NCBI RefSeq assembly: GCF_003334335.1
Contig: NZ_QOWQ01000005.1
Origin: Escherichia coli
GTDB taxonomy: Bacteria > Pseudomonadota > Gammaproteobacteria > Enterobacterales > Enterobacteriaceae
Direction: 5' to 3' (one strand)
Length of the DNA: 64,000 nt
Shown: positions 37,605 through 47,738 of the stretch, piece by piece
Position numbering within the stretch: position 1 is the stretch's first letter
Layout: each line of letters starts with the position of its first letter
The notes under the pieces: model-generated
Database searches by the model: none
What the model was told of the DNA's origin: nothing
What the model saw: the letters and a program-made list of their open reading frames with translations, nothing else
Made by a program: the position numbers and the translations under genes

Positions 37605-38675
37605 GTGGAAAAGCCATTTCGAAAAATCCTGGTCATAAAGATGCGATATCACGGAGATATGTTATTAACTACTCCTGTAATCAGTACACTCAAGCAGAAT
37701 TATCCCGACGCAAAAATCGATATGCTGCTTTACCAGGATACAATTCCGATTTTATCTGAAAACCCAGAAATTAATGCACTCTATGGTATAAGCAATAAAG
37801 GTACGGGAACATTCGATAAAATTAAAAATGCACTTTCACTGATAAAAACTCTGCGTGCGAATAATTACGACCTGGTCATTAATCTTACGGATCAGTGGAT
37901 GGTGGCCCTGCTGGTACGTTGTTTACCTGCTCGTATGAAAATATCGCAGCTTTATGGTCATCGGCAGCATGGCATTTGGAAAAAAAGCTTTACACACTTA
38001 GCGCCTATACACGGTACACATATTGTTGAGCGTAATTTGTCGGTCCTTGAGCCATTAGGTATTACCGATTTTTATACTGAAACAACCATGAGTTACGCCG
38101 AGGATTGCTGGAAGAAAATGCGCCAGGAATTAGATGCACTGGGCGTGAAAGATCATTATGTCGTCATCCAGCCGACAGCCAGACAGATATTTAAGTGCTG
38201 GGACAACGATAAATTTTCTATGGTTATCGATGCGTTGCAACATCGTGGTTATCAGGTTGTGCTGACTTGTGGCCCTTCGGCAGATGATCTCGCTTGCGTA
38301 GATGAAATTGCACGAGGCTGCCAAACAAAACCTATTACCGGCCTTGCCGGTAAAACACGTTTTCCTGAACTGGGCGCATTAATTGATCATGCAGTGCTCT
38401 TTATTGGTGTGGATTCTGCGCCGGGGCATATTGCAGCGGCTGTGAAGACGCCAGTTATTAGCCTGTTTGGGGCCACTGATCATGTATTCTGGCGTCCATG
38501 GACCGAGAATATTATTCAGTTCTGGGCGGGGAATTATCAAAAAATGCCTACCCGGCACGAACTTGACCGCAACAAAAAATATCTTTCTGTTATTCCAGCG
38601 GAAGATGTCATTGCCGCTACGGAAAAGCTGTTGCCAGAAGATGCACCTTCAGCTGACAGGAATGCGCAATTATGA
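37605..38675 (+). CDS. waaQ: LPS core heptosyltransferase III (GT9)
   Basis: GT9 N-terminus KILVIKMRYHGDML aligns with waaC/waaF N-termini; ORF begins with GTG at 37605, alternative ATG at 37641. Confidence 0.8.
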   Translation: MEKPFRKILVIKMRYHGDMLLTTPVISTLKQNYPDAKIDMLLYQDTIPILSENPEINALYGISNKGTGTFDKIKNALSLIKTLRANNYDLVINLTDQWMVALLVRCLPARMKISQLYGHRQHGIWKKSFTHLAPIHGTHIVERNLSVLEPLGITDFYTETTMSYAEDCWKKMRQELDALGVKDHYVVIQPTARQIFKCWDNDKFSMVIDALQHRGYQVVLTCGPSADDLACVDEIARGCQTKPITGLAGKTRFPELGALIDHAVLFIGVDSAPGHIAAAVKTPVISLFGATDHVFWRPWTENIIQFWAGNYQKMPTRHELDRNKKYLSVIPAEDVIAATEKLLPEDAPSADRNAQL

Positions 38676-39796
38676 TCGTGGCATTTTGCTTATATAAATA
38701 TTTTCCATTTGGTGGGCTACAGCGTGACTTTATGCGTATTGCCTCAACAGTTGCCGCACGGGGCCACCATGTTCGGGTATATACACAGTCGTGGGAAGGC
38801 GATTGCCCGGAAGCATTTGAGCTTATTCGCGTACCGGTTAAATCCCATACTAACCATGGACGTAATGCAGAATATTATGCCTGGGTTCAAAACCATCTGA
38901 AGGCACATCCCGCTGATCGCGTTGTTGGCTTTAATAAGATGCCTAGGCTGGATGTTTATTTTGCCGCCGATGTCTGTTATGCCGAGAAAGTGGCGCAAGA
39001 AAAGGGATTTTTCTATCGTTTAACATCGCGCTATCGCCATTATGCTGCATTCGAGCGAGCGACTTTCGAACATGGTAAATCGACGAAACTTATGATGTTG
39101 ACCGATAAGCAAATCGCCGATTTTCAGAAGCATTACCAAACTGAACCAGAACGTTTTCAAATTCTTCCCCCTGGTATCTATCCTGACAGAAAATACAACG
39201 CGCAAATCCCAAACAGTCGTGAAATTTATCGCCAGAAAAATGGCATCACTGAACAACAAAACTTATTGCTGCAGGTTGGTTCAGATTTTGGTCGTAAAGG
39301 TGTGGATCGCTCAATTGAAGCTTTGGCATCGTTACCAGAATCGTTACGCCATAATACGTTGTTGTTTGTTGTTGGCCAGGATAAACCGCGTAAATTTGAA
39401 GTGCTGGCAGAAAAACTCGGTGTGCGTAGTAAAGTGCATTTCTTTTCCGGGCGGAATGATGTGTCTGAATTAATGGCAGCCGCTGATTTATTAATGCATC
39501 CCGCTTATCAGGAGGCTGCAGGTATTGTTCTCCTTGAGGCAATTGCCGCGGGATTACCTGTGTTGACGACTGCGGTATGCGGATACGCACACTATATCAC
39601 AGATGCTAATTGTGGAACGGTCATCGCTGAACCTTTCTCCCAGGAACAATTAAATGACGTTTTACGTAAAGCGTTAACTCAATCTCCATTGCGCATGGCC
39701 TGGGCGGAGAATGCTCGGTATTACGCCGATACTCAGGATTTATACAGCCTGCCGGAGAAAGCGGCAGATATCATTACAGGTGGTTTAGATGGTTGA
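38672..39796 (+). CDS. waaG: LPS core glucosyltransferase I (GT4)
   Basis: 374-aa GT4 ORF; 4-bp overlap with waaQ. Confidence 0.9.
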   Translation: MIVAFCLYKYFPFGGLQRDFMRIASTVAARGHHVRVYTQSWEGDCPEAFELIRVPVKSHTNHGRNAEYYAWVQNHLKAHPADRVVGFNKMPRLDVYFAADVCYAEKVAQEKGFFYRLTSRYRHYAAFERATFEHGKSTKLMMLTDKQIADFQKHYQTEPERFQILPPGIYPDRKYNAQIPNSREIYRQKNGITEQQNLLLQVGSDFGRKGVDRSIEALASLPESLRHNTLLFVVGQDKPRKFEVLAEKLGVRSKVHFFSGRNDVSELMAAADLLMHPAYQEAAGIVLLEAIAAGLPVLTTAVCGYAHYITDANCGTVIAEPFSQEQLNDVLRKALTQSPLRMAWAENARYYADTQDLYSLPEKAADIITGGLDG

Positions 39797-40586
39797 ATTA
39801 GAAGAGCCACTTGCCACACTCTGGCGTGGTAAAGATGCCTTTGCAGAAGTTAAAAAACTGAATGGCGAGGTCTTCCGTGAACTGGAGACGCGTCGCACAT
39901 TACGCTTTGAACTGGCCGGCAAAAGTTATTTCCTCAAATGGCACAAAGGGACGACCCTAAAGGAGATTATAAAAAATCTGCTCTCATTGCGGATGCCCGT
40001 TTTAGGTGCAGACAGAGAGTGGCACGCTATTCATCGACTGCATGATGTCGGTGTTGATACGATGCACGGAATAGGATTTGGTGAAAAAGGGTTAAATCCA
40101 TTAACTCGCACATCATTTATTATTACCGAAGATCTCACTCCCACAATTAGCCTTGAAGATTATTGTGCAGATTGGGCGGTCAACCCGCCTGATGTACATA
40201 TTAAGCGTATGCTGATCGCGCGTGTGGCAACCATGGTGCGCAAAATGCATGCAGCAGGGATTAATCACCGTGATTGTTATATCTGCCACTTTTTACTCCA
40301 TTTGCCATTTACTGGCCGGGAAGATGAATTAAAAATTTCGGTTATCGATCTGCACCGGGCACAGATACGTGCAAAAGTACCACGTCGTTGGCGGGATAAA
40401 GATTTGATTGGTTTATATTTCTCATCAATGAATATTGGTCTGACGCAGAGAGATATCTGGCGATTTATGAAGGTTTATTTTGGGATGCCTTTACGCGATA
40501 TTTATAGACTTGAGATTGATTTACTTAAAAAGGCAAGGATTAAAGCAGGAAAAATAGAAGCAAGAACAATAAGAAAAAACTTGTAA
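39789..40586 (+). CDS. waaP: LPS core heptose(I) kinase
   Basis: 265-aa kinase-like ORF; 8-bp overlap with waaG. Confidence 0.9.
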   Translation: MVELEEPLATLWRGKDAFAEVKKLNGEVFRELETRRTLRFELAGKSYFLKWHKGTTLKEIIKNLLSLRMPVLGADREWHAIHRLHDVGVDTMHGIGFGEKGLNPLTRTSFIITEDLTPTISLEDYCADWAVNPPDVHIKRMLIARVATMVRKMHAAGINHRDCYICHFLLHLPFTGREDELKISVIDLHRAQIRAKVPRRWRDKDLIGLYFSSMNIGLTQRDIWRFMKVYFGMPLRDIYRLEIDLLKKARIKAGKIEARTIRKNL

Positions 40587-40618
40587 ATAGTATTTTATTA
40601 CAAAAAGGGATTCTAAAA

Positions 40619-41599
40619 TTGTTGAAATATAGAAACTTCGTTGCTAAGAAGAAAAATTTATACCAAAACGAAGTGTCGTATGTTAAAAATTTACATATTG
40701 CACTATGCTTTGACCGTGAATTCATAATGCCAGCGGGTGTTGCATTATATTCAATTATATCCAACAATAGACATATTAACCTTCATTTTCACCTTCTTAT
40801 ATCAGGCATAGAAGAAAAGGAGTGTTCAGCTTTTTACGAACTAGAAGGTCCTAATACATCAATATCTGTATATTATATAACTGATAAATTTGACATTAAT
40901 CCGGATACATTAGTTCTTGGTATTCCTTTATCAACATGTTTACGTTTTTTAATCCCAGAAGTTATTGATGATAAAATAAATAAGATACTTTATCTTGACT
41001 GTGATGTCATATGTAATGGTCCTTTAGATGAACTGGTTGATTATAATTTAAATGCTGATATTGCATGTGTAATTCCAGATTCGCCAGAAATGCAAGAACG
41101 TGTAAAAAAATTAGACTATGGCATTGAGTTTATTAATTATTTTAATGCCGGGGTTATGTTTATTAATACCAGCGAATGGAAAAAAAATAATATAACACAA
41201 AAAGCGTTAGAAATGATCAACAGTGGAAAAGTATATAGGTATGCAGATCAGGATGTGCTCAATATTTTACTTAATGGACGAGTGCATTACCTTGATAAGA
41301 AGTACAATAATAAGACAACATTGTCAGTACGATGTGATGAAGAACAAAAAAACTTGCCCAACACAATTATAATGCATTATGTTACCCAGAATAAACCATG
41401 GTACAAAATATTTAGAGCACAAAATTTTGATCATTATTTTTCAAATTCTCCTTGGAAGAACCATAAAAGAAATCTAGCTCCATCATCAAGTGAGATTAGG
41501 TTAAAGTCTAAAGTTTTTTGGCTAGAAGGAAAATATTGTAAAGCCATTTCTTATTATTATAAGTATTTACTTGTTAAATTATTTGGCTTAAAGATTTAG
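40619..41599 (+). CDS. GT8-family LPS core glycosyltransferase in the slot after waaP
   Basis: 326-aa ORF with GT8 motifs YLDCDVIC (DxD) and HYVTQNKPW; very AT-rich; exact orthology (waaS-position gene versus an extra GT8 paralogue) not resolved. Confidence 0.6.
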   Translation: MLKYRNFVAKKKNLYQNEVSYVKNLHIALCFDREFIMPAGVALYSIISNNRHINLHFHLLISGIEEKECSAFYELEGPNTSISVYYITDKFDINPDTLVLGIPLSTCLRFLIPEVIDDKINKILYLDCDVICNGPLDELVDYNLNADIACVIPDSPEMQERVKKLDYGIEFINYFNAGVMFINTSEWKKNNITQKALEMINSGKVYRYADQDVLNILLNGRVHYLDKKYNNKTTLSVRCDEEQKNLPNTIIMHYVTQNKPWYKIFRAQNFDHYFSNSPWKNHKRNLAPSSSEIRLKSKVFWLEGKYCKAISYYYKYLLVKLFGLKI

Positions 41600-41612
41600 C
41601 TGGAATGAAATT

Positions 41613-42692
41613 ATGAAAATAGCCTTTATTGGCGAAGCTGTTTCTGGATTTGGCGGCATGGAAACAGTCATTCGTGATGTTATTACTACCTTCAGGCAAC
41701 AACATATCCAAAGTGAAATTTTTTTCTTTTGTCGTAATGACAAAATGGATAAGGGATGGCTGGAAGGTATTAAGTACTCGTGTTCATTTTCCAATATTCG
41801 CTTAGGTTTTTTGCGTCGCGCGAAACATATTCATGCTTTAAGCAAATGGCTTCATGATTATCAGCCAGATGTTGTTATTTGTATTGACGTGATCTCGTGT
41901 TTGTATGCGGCCAAAGCTCGTAAAAAATCGGGGATTGATGTACCTGTATTTTCATGGCCGCATTTTTCTTTAGATCATAAAAAACATGCCGAATATATCA
42001 CCTGTGCCGACTATCATTTAGCCATCAGCTCTGGTATTAAACAGCAAATGATTAGCCGGGGTGTACCAGAATCGACAATAAACGTTATTTTTAATCCCGT
42101 TGAGGCGAAAAATTCAGTCATTCCTGCACCCGGGGAAGGCGAAACGGCAACATTCATTTATGTTGGGCGCATGAAATTTGAAGGCCAAAAGCGCGTAAAA
42201 GATCTGCTTGATGGCTTATCACAAGTGCAAGGTGACTGGAAACTTCATGTATTGGGAGATGGCTCCGATTTCGAAAAATGCCAGGCTTATGGTAGAGGAT
42301 TAAATATTGATGATCGAATTGTCTGGTATGGTTGGCAACAACATCCCTGGAAATTAGTTCAGCAAGATATTAAAAAAGTGAGTGCATTATTACTCACGTC
42401 ATCTTTTGAAGGTTTCCCAATGACTCTACTTGAAGCCTTGTCGTGGGGGATCCCTTGTATCAGTGCAGATTGTGTCTCCGGGCCTGTTGATATCATTCAG
42501 CCTGATGTTAATGGTCATTTATATCAACCGGGGGATATGACCGGTTTTGTTGCTCTTCTCAATAAATACATAGCCGGTGAAATTCACATCGCACATGAAA
42601 AAATTCCGGCGTCGATCGATAAATTTTATCAACCGAAATATTACGACAGATTGCAAAAGATAATTATTTCTGTTATTTCCCGGAGGAAATAA
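41613..42692 (+). CDS. waaB: LPS core alpha-1,6-galactosyltransferase (GT4)
   Basis: 359-aa GT4 ORF; length and position match waaB. Confidence 0.8.
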   Translation: MKIAFIGEAVSGFGGMETVIRDVITTFRQQHIQSEIFFFCRNDKMDKGWLEGIKYSCSFSNIRLGFLRRAKHIHALSKWLHDYQPDVVICIDVISCLYAAKARKKSGIDVPVFSWPHFSLDHKKHAEYITCADYHLAISSGIKQQMISRGVPESTINVIFNPVEAKNSVIPAPGEGETATFIYVGRMKFEGQKRVKDLLDGLSQVQGDWKLHVLGDGSDFEKCQAYGRGLNIDDRIVWYGWQQHPWKLVQQDIKKVSALLLTSSFEGFPMTLLEALSWGIPCISADCVSGPVDIIQPDVNGHLYQPGDMTGFVALLNKYIAGEIHIAHEKIPASIDKFYQPKYYDRLQKIIISVISRRK

Positions 42693-43711
42693 TGCAGCAG
42701 GTTTTTTTCCAGGAGACTGAGTTTCTCAATTCGGTTATTGATTATAATCATAAAATAGAAGCAGAAAATCTTTGTCTGGATATTGCTTATGGGACTGACA
42801 AAAATTTTCTTTTTGGATGCGGAATATCGATTGCTTCAATATTAAAATATAATGAAGGAAATCAATTATGCTTTCATATTTTTACTGATTATTTCGGTGA
42901 TGACGATCGCAAATATTTTGATGCCCTGGCCAGGCAATATAAAACAAGAATTAAGATATATTTAATTAATGGTGATCGACTCCGTTCATTACCCTGCACC
43001 AAGAACTGGACTCATGCTATTTATTTTCGTTTTGTTATCGCCGATTACTTTTTTAATAAAGCACCCAAAGTTCTTTATCTGGATGCAGATATTATTTGTC
43101 AGGGAACTATAGAACCACTTATCAATTACACGTTTTCTGAACATACAGTCGCAATGGTTGTTACAGAAGGACAAAAAGACTGGTGGGCAAAACGTGCTCA
43201 TTCGTTAGGTGTTGCTGGGATTGCTAATGGTTACTTTAACTCCGGTTTTTTACTGATTAATACTAATCAATGGACGAATGAGCGGGTTTCTGCACGGGCC
43301 ATTGCAATGTTAAGTGATCCAGAGATAGTCAAAAAAATAACACATCCTGATCAGGATGTATTAAATATGTTATTGGCAGACAAACTTGTTTATGCTGATA
43401 TTAAATATAACACTCAGTTTAGTTTAAATTATCAACTAAAAGAAAGTTTTAAAAACCCAGTAACTAACGATACAGTTTTTATTCATTATATTGGTCCAAC
43501 TAAACCCTGGCATGACTGGGCCTGGGATTATCCAATATCACAAGCTTTTATGGCGGCAAAAAATGCTTCACCATGGAAGGATACTGCGTTATTGAAACCG
43601 GTTAATAGTAATCAATTAAGATACAGTGCTAAACATATGTTGAAAAAAAAGCAATATATCAAAGGATTTGGCAACTATCTTTTGTATTTTATAAAAAAGC
43701 TAAAGCATTAA
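42692..43711 (+). CDS. waaO: LPS outer-core GT8 glycosyltransferase (waaO/waaI type)
   Basis: 339 aa; GT8 motifs YLDADIIC and HYIGPTKPW; donor sugar specificity cannot be read from sequence. Confidence 0.7.
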   Translation: MQQVFFQETEFLNSVIDYNHKIEAENLCLDIAYGTDKNFLFGCGISIASILKYNEGNQLCFHIFTDYFGDDDRKYFDALARQYKTRIKIYLINGDRLRSLPCTKNWTHAIYFRFVIADYFFNKAPKVLYLDADIICQGTIEPLINYTFSEHTVAMVVTEGQKDWWAKRAHSLGVAGIANGYFNSGFLLINTNQWTNERVSARAIAMLSDPEIVKKITHPDQDVLNMLLADKLVYADIKYNTQFSLNYQLKESFKNPVTNDTVFIHYIGPTKPWHDWAWDYPISQAFMAAKNASPWKDTALLKPVNSNQLRYSAKHMLKKKQYIKGFGNYLLYFIKKLKH

Positions 43712-43779
43712 TACTGATAATCTATACTCTAAATAATTCGAGTTGCAGGACAAAAAGCCAGTGGCGTTTTGAGGAACGC

Positions 43780-43870
43780 TTGCGTTGGCCCTGAAATGCC
43801 GAGTAACTCGCCGATGCAGCACATGCAACTTGAAGTATAACGAGTATATAAAGTAATGATATAAGGATAG
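43780..43870 (+). repeat. possible ERIC-flank-like fragment in the waaO-waaJ spacer
   Basis: GCAGCACATGCAACTTGAAGTATAACGAGTATA resembles the flanking arm of the ERIC copy at 51001..51082; no 44-bp core present. Confidence 0.35.
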
Positions 43871-43874
43871 CCTT

Positions 43875-44891
43875 GTGAACTCATTTCCTGCCATAGAGAT
43901 AGATAAAGTTAAAGCCTGGGATTTTAGGCTTATTGATGAAAATACTGCTGAAAGTTTAAATGTTGCCTATGGTGTCGATTCCAATTATCTTGATGGTGTA
44001 GGTGTTTCCATTACTTCAATTGTCATTAATAATCGACATGTTAATCTTGATTTTTATATTATTGCTGATGTTTATAACGACGATTTCTTTCAAAAAGTTG
44101 AGAAACTTGCTGAGCAATACCAATTAAGAATCACACTTTATAGAATAAATACTGATAATCTTCAGTGCCTGCCTTGTACACAAGTCTGGTCAAGAGCAAT
44201 GTACTTCCGTTTATTTGCTTTTCAATTATTGGGAGTAACACTTAATCGTTTGCTTTATCTTGATGCCGATGTAGTTTGTAAGGGAAATATTAGTCAACTA
44301 TTGCATTTAGAGTTTAATGGAGCGGTGGCTGCAGTAGTCAGGGATGTAGACCCAATGCAGGAAAAGGCGGTAGTCAGATTATCTGATCCTGAACTTCGGG
44401 GGCAGTATTTTAATTCTGGTGTCGTTTACTTAGACCTAAAAAAATGGACAGAAGCAAAACTAACCGAAAAAGCACTGTCTATTCTTATGAGTAAAGATAG
44501 TATTTATAAGTATCCTGACCAGGACGTTATGAATGTCCTACTAAAAGGGATGACAATATTCCTGCCACGTGAGTTCAATACTATATATACAATAAAAAGT
44601 GAGTTAAAAGATAAAACGCATCAAAAATATAAAGAGTTGATAAAAGAGGATACTCTTCTTATTCATTATACTGGGGCCACCAAGCCGTGGCACAAATGGG
44701 CAATTTATCCATCGGTAAAATACTATAAAATAGCTTTAGAAAGATCCCCCTGGAAAGATGACTCACCACGAGATGCAAAATCAATTATTGAATTCAAAAA
44801 AAGATATAAACATCTGTTAGTGCAACATCATTATATCTCAGGACTCATTGCAGGAGTGTGTTATCTTTGCCGAAAATATTACCGTAAATAA
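43875..44891 (+). CDS. waaJ: LPS outer-core GT8 glycosyltransferase (waaJ/waaR type)
   Basis: 338 aa; GT8 motifs YLDADVVC and HYTGATKPW. Confidence 0.7.
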   Translation: MNSFPAIEIDKVKAWDFRLIDENTAESLNVAYGVDSNYLDGVGVSITSIVINNRHVNLDFYIIADVYNDDFFQKVEKLAEQYQLRITLYRINTDNLQCLPCTQVWSRAMYFRLFAFQLLGVTLNRLLYLDADVVCKGNISQLLHLEFNGAVAAVVRDVDPMQEKAVVRLSDPELRGQYFNSGVVYLDLKKWTEAKLTEKALSILMSKDSIYKYPDQDVMNVLLKGMTIFLPREFNTIYTIKSELKDKTHQKYKELIKEDTLLIHYTGATKPWHKWAIYPSVKYYKIALERSPWKDDSPRDAKSIIEFKKRYKHLLVQHHYISGLIAGVCYLCRKYYRK

Positions 44892-44908
44892 CATTTAACT
44901 GGTTTAAC

Positions 44909-45607
44909 ATGATTCAGAAGAATAAAATCAAAGATTTAGTTGTTTTTACCGATGAAAATAACTCAAAGTATCTCAATGTATTAAATGACTTTCTTTCTTA
45001 TGATATTAATATCATCAAAGTTTTTCGTTCTATAGATGATACAAAAGTCATGCTTATTGATACCGATTACGGTAAATTGATACTTAAAGTTTTTTCGCCT
45101 AAAGTAAAACGCAACGAACGTTTCTTTAAATCTCTTTTAAAGGGAGATTATTATGAACGCCTTTTTGAGCATACTCAAAAAGTGCGTAACGAGGGGCTAC
45201 ATTCTCTCAATGATTTTTATTTGTTGGCAGAACGGAAAACATTACGTTTTGTCCATACTTATATCATGCTTATCGAATATATCGATGGCGTAGAGTTGTG
45301 TGATATCCCCGATATTGATGAAACTTTAAAAAATAAAATTCAACAATCAATTCGTTCATTACACGAACACGGTATGGTATCTGGTGATCCTCACCGCGGT
45401 AATTTTATTATTGAAAATGGTGAAGTACGCATTATTGATCTTTCAGGAAAACGGGCATCTGCACAACGTAAAGCGAAAGATCGTATTGATTTAGAGCGAC
45501 ATTATGGTATTAAGAATGAGGTTAAAGATCTCGGTTATTATCTTTTAGTTTATCGTAAAAAAATACGTAATCTTATGCGGCGTTTGAAAGGGAAGCCAGC
45601 ACGATAA
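44909..45607 (+). CDS. waaY: LPS core heptose(II) kinase
   Basis: 232-aa kinase-like ORF; length and position match waaY. Confidence 0.75.
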   Translation: MIQKNKIKDLVVFTDENNSKYLNVLNDFLSYDINIIKVFRSIDDTKVMLIDTDYGKLILKVFSPKVKRNERFFKSLLKGDYYERLFEHTQKVRNEGLHSLNDFYLLAERKTLRFVHTYIMLIEYIDGVELCDIPDIDETLKNKIQQSIRSLHEHGMVSGDPHRGNFIIENGEVRIIDLSGKRASAQRKAKDRIDLERHYGIKNEVKDLGYYLLVYRKKIRNLMRRLKGKPAR

Positions 45608-45678
45608 AGTAAAAGTCTTACATTTAAACGTCTTCGTCAGGACATTTCTATGCGGAGTTCTTATTTCACAGGTTTATC

Positions 45679-46488
45679 ATGAAGAATATTAGATACATTG
45701 ACAAAAAAGATGTTGAAAACCTGATAGAAAGTAAAACGTCTGATGATGTTATTATTTTTCTTTCCGGCCCCGCATCGCAAAAAACACCATTGTCAGTGCT
45801 GCAGACAAGGGATGTTATTGCTGTCAATGGTTCTGCACAATATCTATTAAGTCATAATATTATTCCCTATATTTATGTACTTACCGATGTTCGCTTTTTA
45901 CATCAACGGCGTGATGATTTTTATAAATTTAGCCAGAGAAGTCGTTATACCATCGTAAATGTTGACGTTTATGAACATGCTTCTGAAGAAGATAAGCGGT
46001 ACATCCTTCAAAACTGCCTGGTACTACGTTCATTTTACCGCAGAGAAAAAGGTGGATTGATCAAGAAGATCAAGTTTAATATTTTGAGCCGAATTCATAA
46101 AGAGCTCCTGATCTCTGTACCTTTTTCTAAAAAAGGTCGTCTGGTTGGCTTTTGCAAGGATATTAACCTCGGTTATTGTTCATGCCATACCGTTGCTTTT
46201 GCTGCAATCCAAATAGCCTATTCGCTGAAGTATGCTCGTATTATCTGTTCAGGCCTTGATTTAACGGGTAGCTGTTCGCGTTTCTATGATGAAGATAAGA
46301 ATCCTATGCCCTCAGAGTTGACTCGGGATTTATTCAAAATTTTACCATTTTTCCGTTTTATGCGTGAAAATATAGAAGATATCAATATTTATAATTTATC
46401 CGACGATACTGCAATTCAATATGATATTATTCCCTATATGAAAATATCCGAAATTGAAGAGCCGTGTGTTTATGAAAAAATAAGCTAA
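45679..46488 (+). CDS. waaZ: LPS core biosynthesis protein (KdoIII-associated, WaaZ-like)
   Basis: 269-aa ORF in the waaZ position; assigned by position and composition. Confidence 0.6.
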   Translation: MKNIRYIDKKDVENLIESKTSDDVIIFLSGPASQKTPLSVLQTRDVIAVNGSAQYLLSHNIIPYIYVLTDVRFLHQRRDDFYKFSQRSRYTIVNVDVYEHASEEDKRYILQNCLVLRSFYRREKGGLIKKIKFNILSRIHKELLISVPFSKKGRLVGFCKDINLGYCSCHTVAFAAIQIAYSLKYARIICSGLDLTGSCSRFYDEDKNPMPSELTRDLFKILPFFRFMRENIEDINIYNLSDDTAIQYDIIPYMKISEIEEPCVYEKIS

Positions 46489-46540
46489 TATTTTATATGT
46501 GTTTATTACGTGTTATAAATTATATTGGAGTTGGCTAATA

Positions 46541-47683
46541 ATGATTAAAAAAATAATATTTACCGTCACACCAATATTTTCTATACCGCCAAAAGGAGCT
46601 GCAGCGGTTGAAACATGGATTTATCAGGTCGCAAAAAGACTTTCGATTCCAGTAACTATCGCCTGTATTCGAAACGAAGGTTACCCAACCTACACAAAAG
46701 TAAATGATCACTGTGATATTCACTACATTGGTTTTAGTCGAGTCTATAAACGACTTTTCCAAAAGTGGACTCGACTTGATCCTGTGCCATATTCTCAGCG
46801 TATTTTAAATACCCAACCTAAAAACACTGATCCGAAAGACTCTGTTATTGTTATCCACAATAGCATGAAGCTGTATAAACAGATTCGTAGCAGAAGCCCT
46901 CACGCGCAGCTAGTTATGCATCTTCATAATGCTTTCGAGCCAGGTGAGTTAGACAAAAATGCAAAGATAATTGTTCCTAGCCAGTTTCTTTTCGATTTCT
47001 ATTCGGAAAAAATGCCTGATGCAAATATTGCTATTGTGCCTAATGGTTTTTGTTCTGAATCGTATGAACAAAATAATACTGAAGATTTGAGGCAGAAACT
47101 GAACATTGATGCAAATGATACCGTGTTATTATTTGCAGGAAGGATATCACCAGATAAAGGTTGCCTGATGCTTATGGAGGCTTTTAATCAGCTGAATAAG
47201 ATACAAGATAACCTCAAACTGGTGATTGTCGGAGATCCTTTTGCCAGTAAAAAAGGCGAAAAAGCTGAATATCAGAAAAAAGTTCTGGATGCAGCGAAAG
47301 CTATTGGAGCGCAATGCATTATGGCGGGTGGACAGCCTCCAGAGCAGATGCATAACTATTACCGTTTAGCAGATTTAGTTGTTGTTCCTTCTCAGGTAGA
47401 AGAAGCTTTTTGTATGGTAGCTGTTGAAGCGATGGCGGCAGGTAAACCAGTGCTTGCCAGTCAAAAAGGTGGAATTAGTGAGTTTGTTCTGGAAGGAATT
47501 ACAGGCTATCACCTTGCAGAGCCTATGACATCTGAAAGTATTCTCGCGGATATTAAGCGCGTTTTGGCGGATGCTGACAGAGCTCAAATTGCTAAAAATG
47601 CCCGAAATTTTGTTTTCTCAAAATATAGCTGGGAACATGTTACTCAGCGTTTTGAAGCACAAATACAAGACTGGTTTGGTTAA
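46541..47683 (+). CDS. waaK: GT4 LPS outer-core transferase (WaaK-like, putative GlcNAc transferase)
   Basis: 380 aa from MIKKIIF, preceded by ggag; GT4 E-x7-E motif (VEEAFCMVAVEAMAAGKPV); occupies the terminal slot before waaL. Confidence 0.7.
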   Translation: MIKKIIFTVTPIFSIPPKGAAAVETWIYQVAKRLSIPVTIACIRNEGYPTYTKVNDHCDIHYIGFSRVYKRLFQKWTRLDPVPYSQRILNTQPKNTDPKDSVIVIHNSMKLYKQIRSRSPHAQLVMHLHNAFEPGELDKNAKIIVPSQFLFDFYSEKMPDANIAIVPNGFCSESYEQNNTEDLRQKLNIDANDTVLLFAGRISPDKGCLMLMEAFNQLNKIQDNLKLVIVGDPFASKKGEKAEYQKKVLDAAKAIGAQCIMAGGQPPEQMHNYYRLADLVVVPSQVEEAFCMVAVEAMAAGKPVLASQKGGISEFVLEGITGYHLAEPMTSESILADIKRVLADADRAQIAKNARNFVFSKYSWEHVTQRFEAQIQDWFG

Positions 47684-47702
47684 AAATTATTGGATTTGAA
47701 GA

Positions 47703-47738
47703 GCCTGCCTGAACTTAATGTCAGGCAGGCTTTTTTTT
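47703..47738 (+). terminator. intrinsic terminator after waaK (bidirectional, shared with convergent waaL)
   Basis: GCCTGCCTGA-acttaatg-TCAGGCAGGC perfect 10-bp stem followed by an 8-T run. Confidence 0.7.

Noticed and set aside
43700-43894. 64-aa minus-strand ORF spanning the waaO-waaJ spacer
   Set aside because: Overlaps the end of waaO and the start of waaJ, with no RBS or family resemblance; the spacer is better explained as non-coding repeat-like DNA
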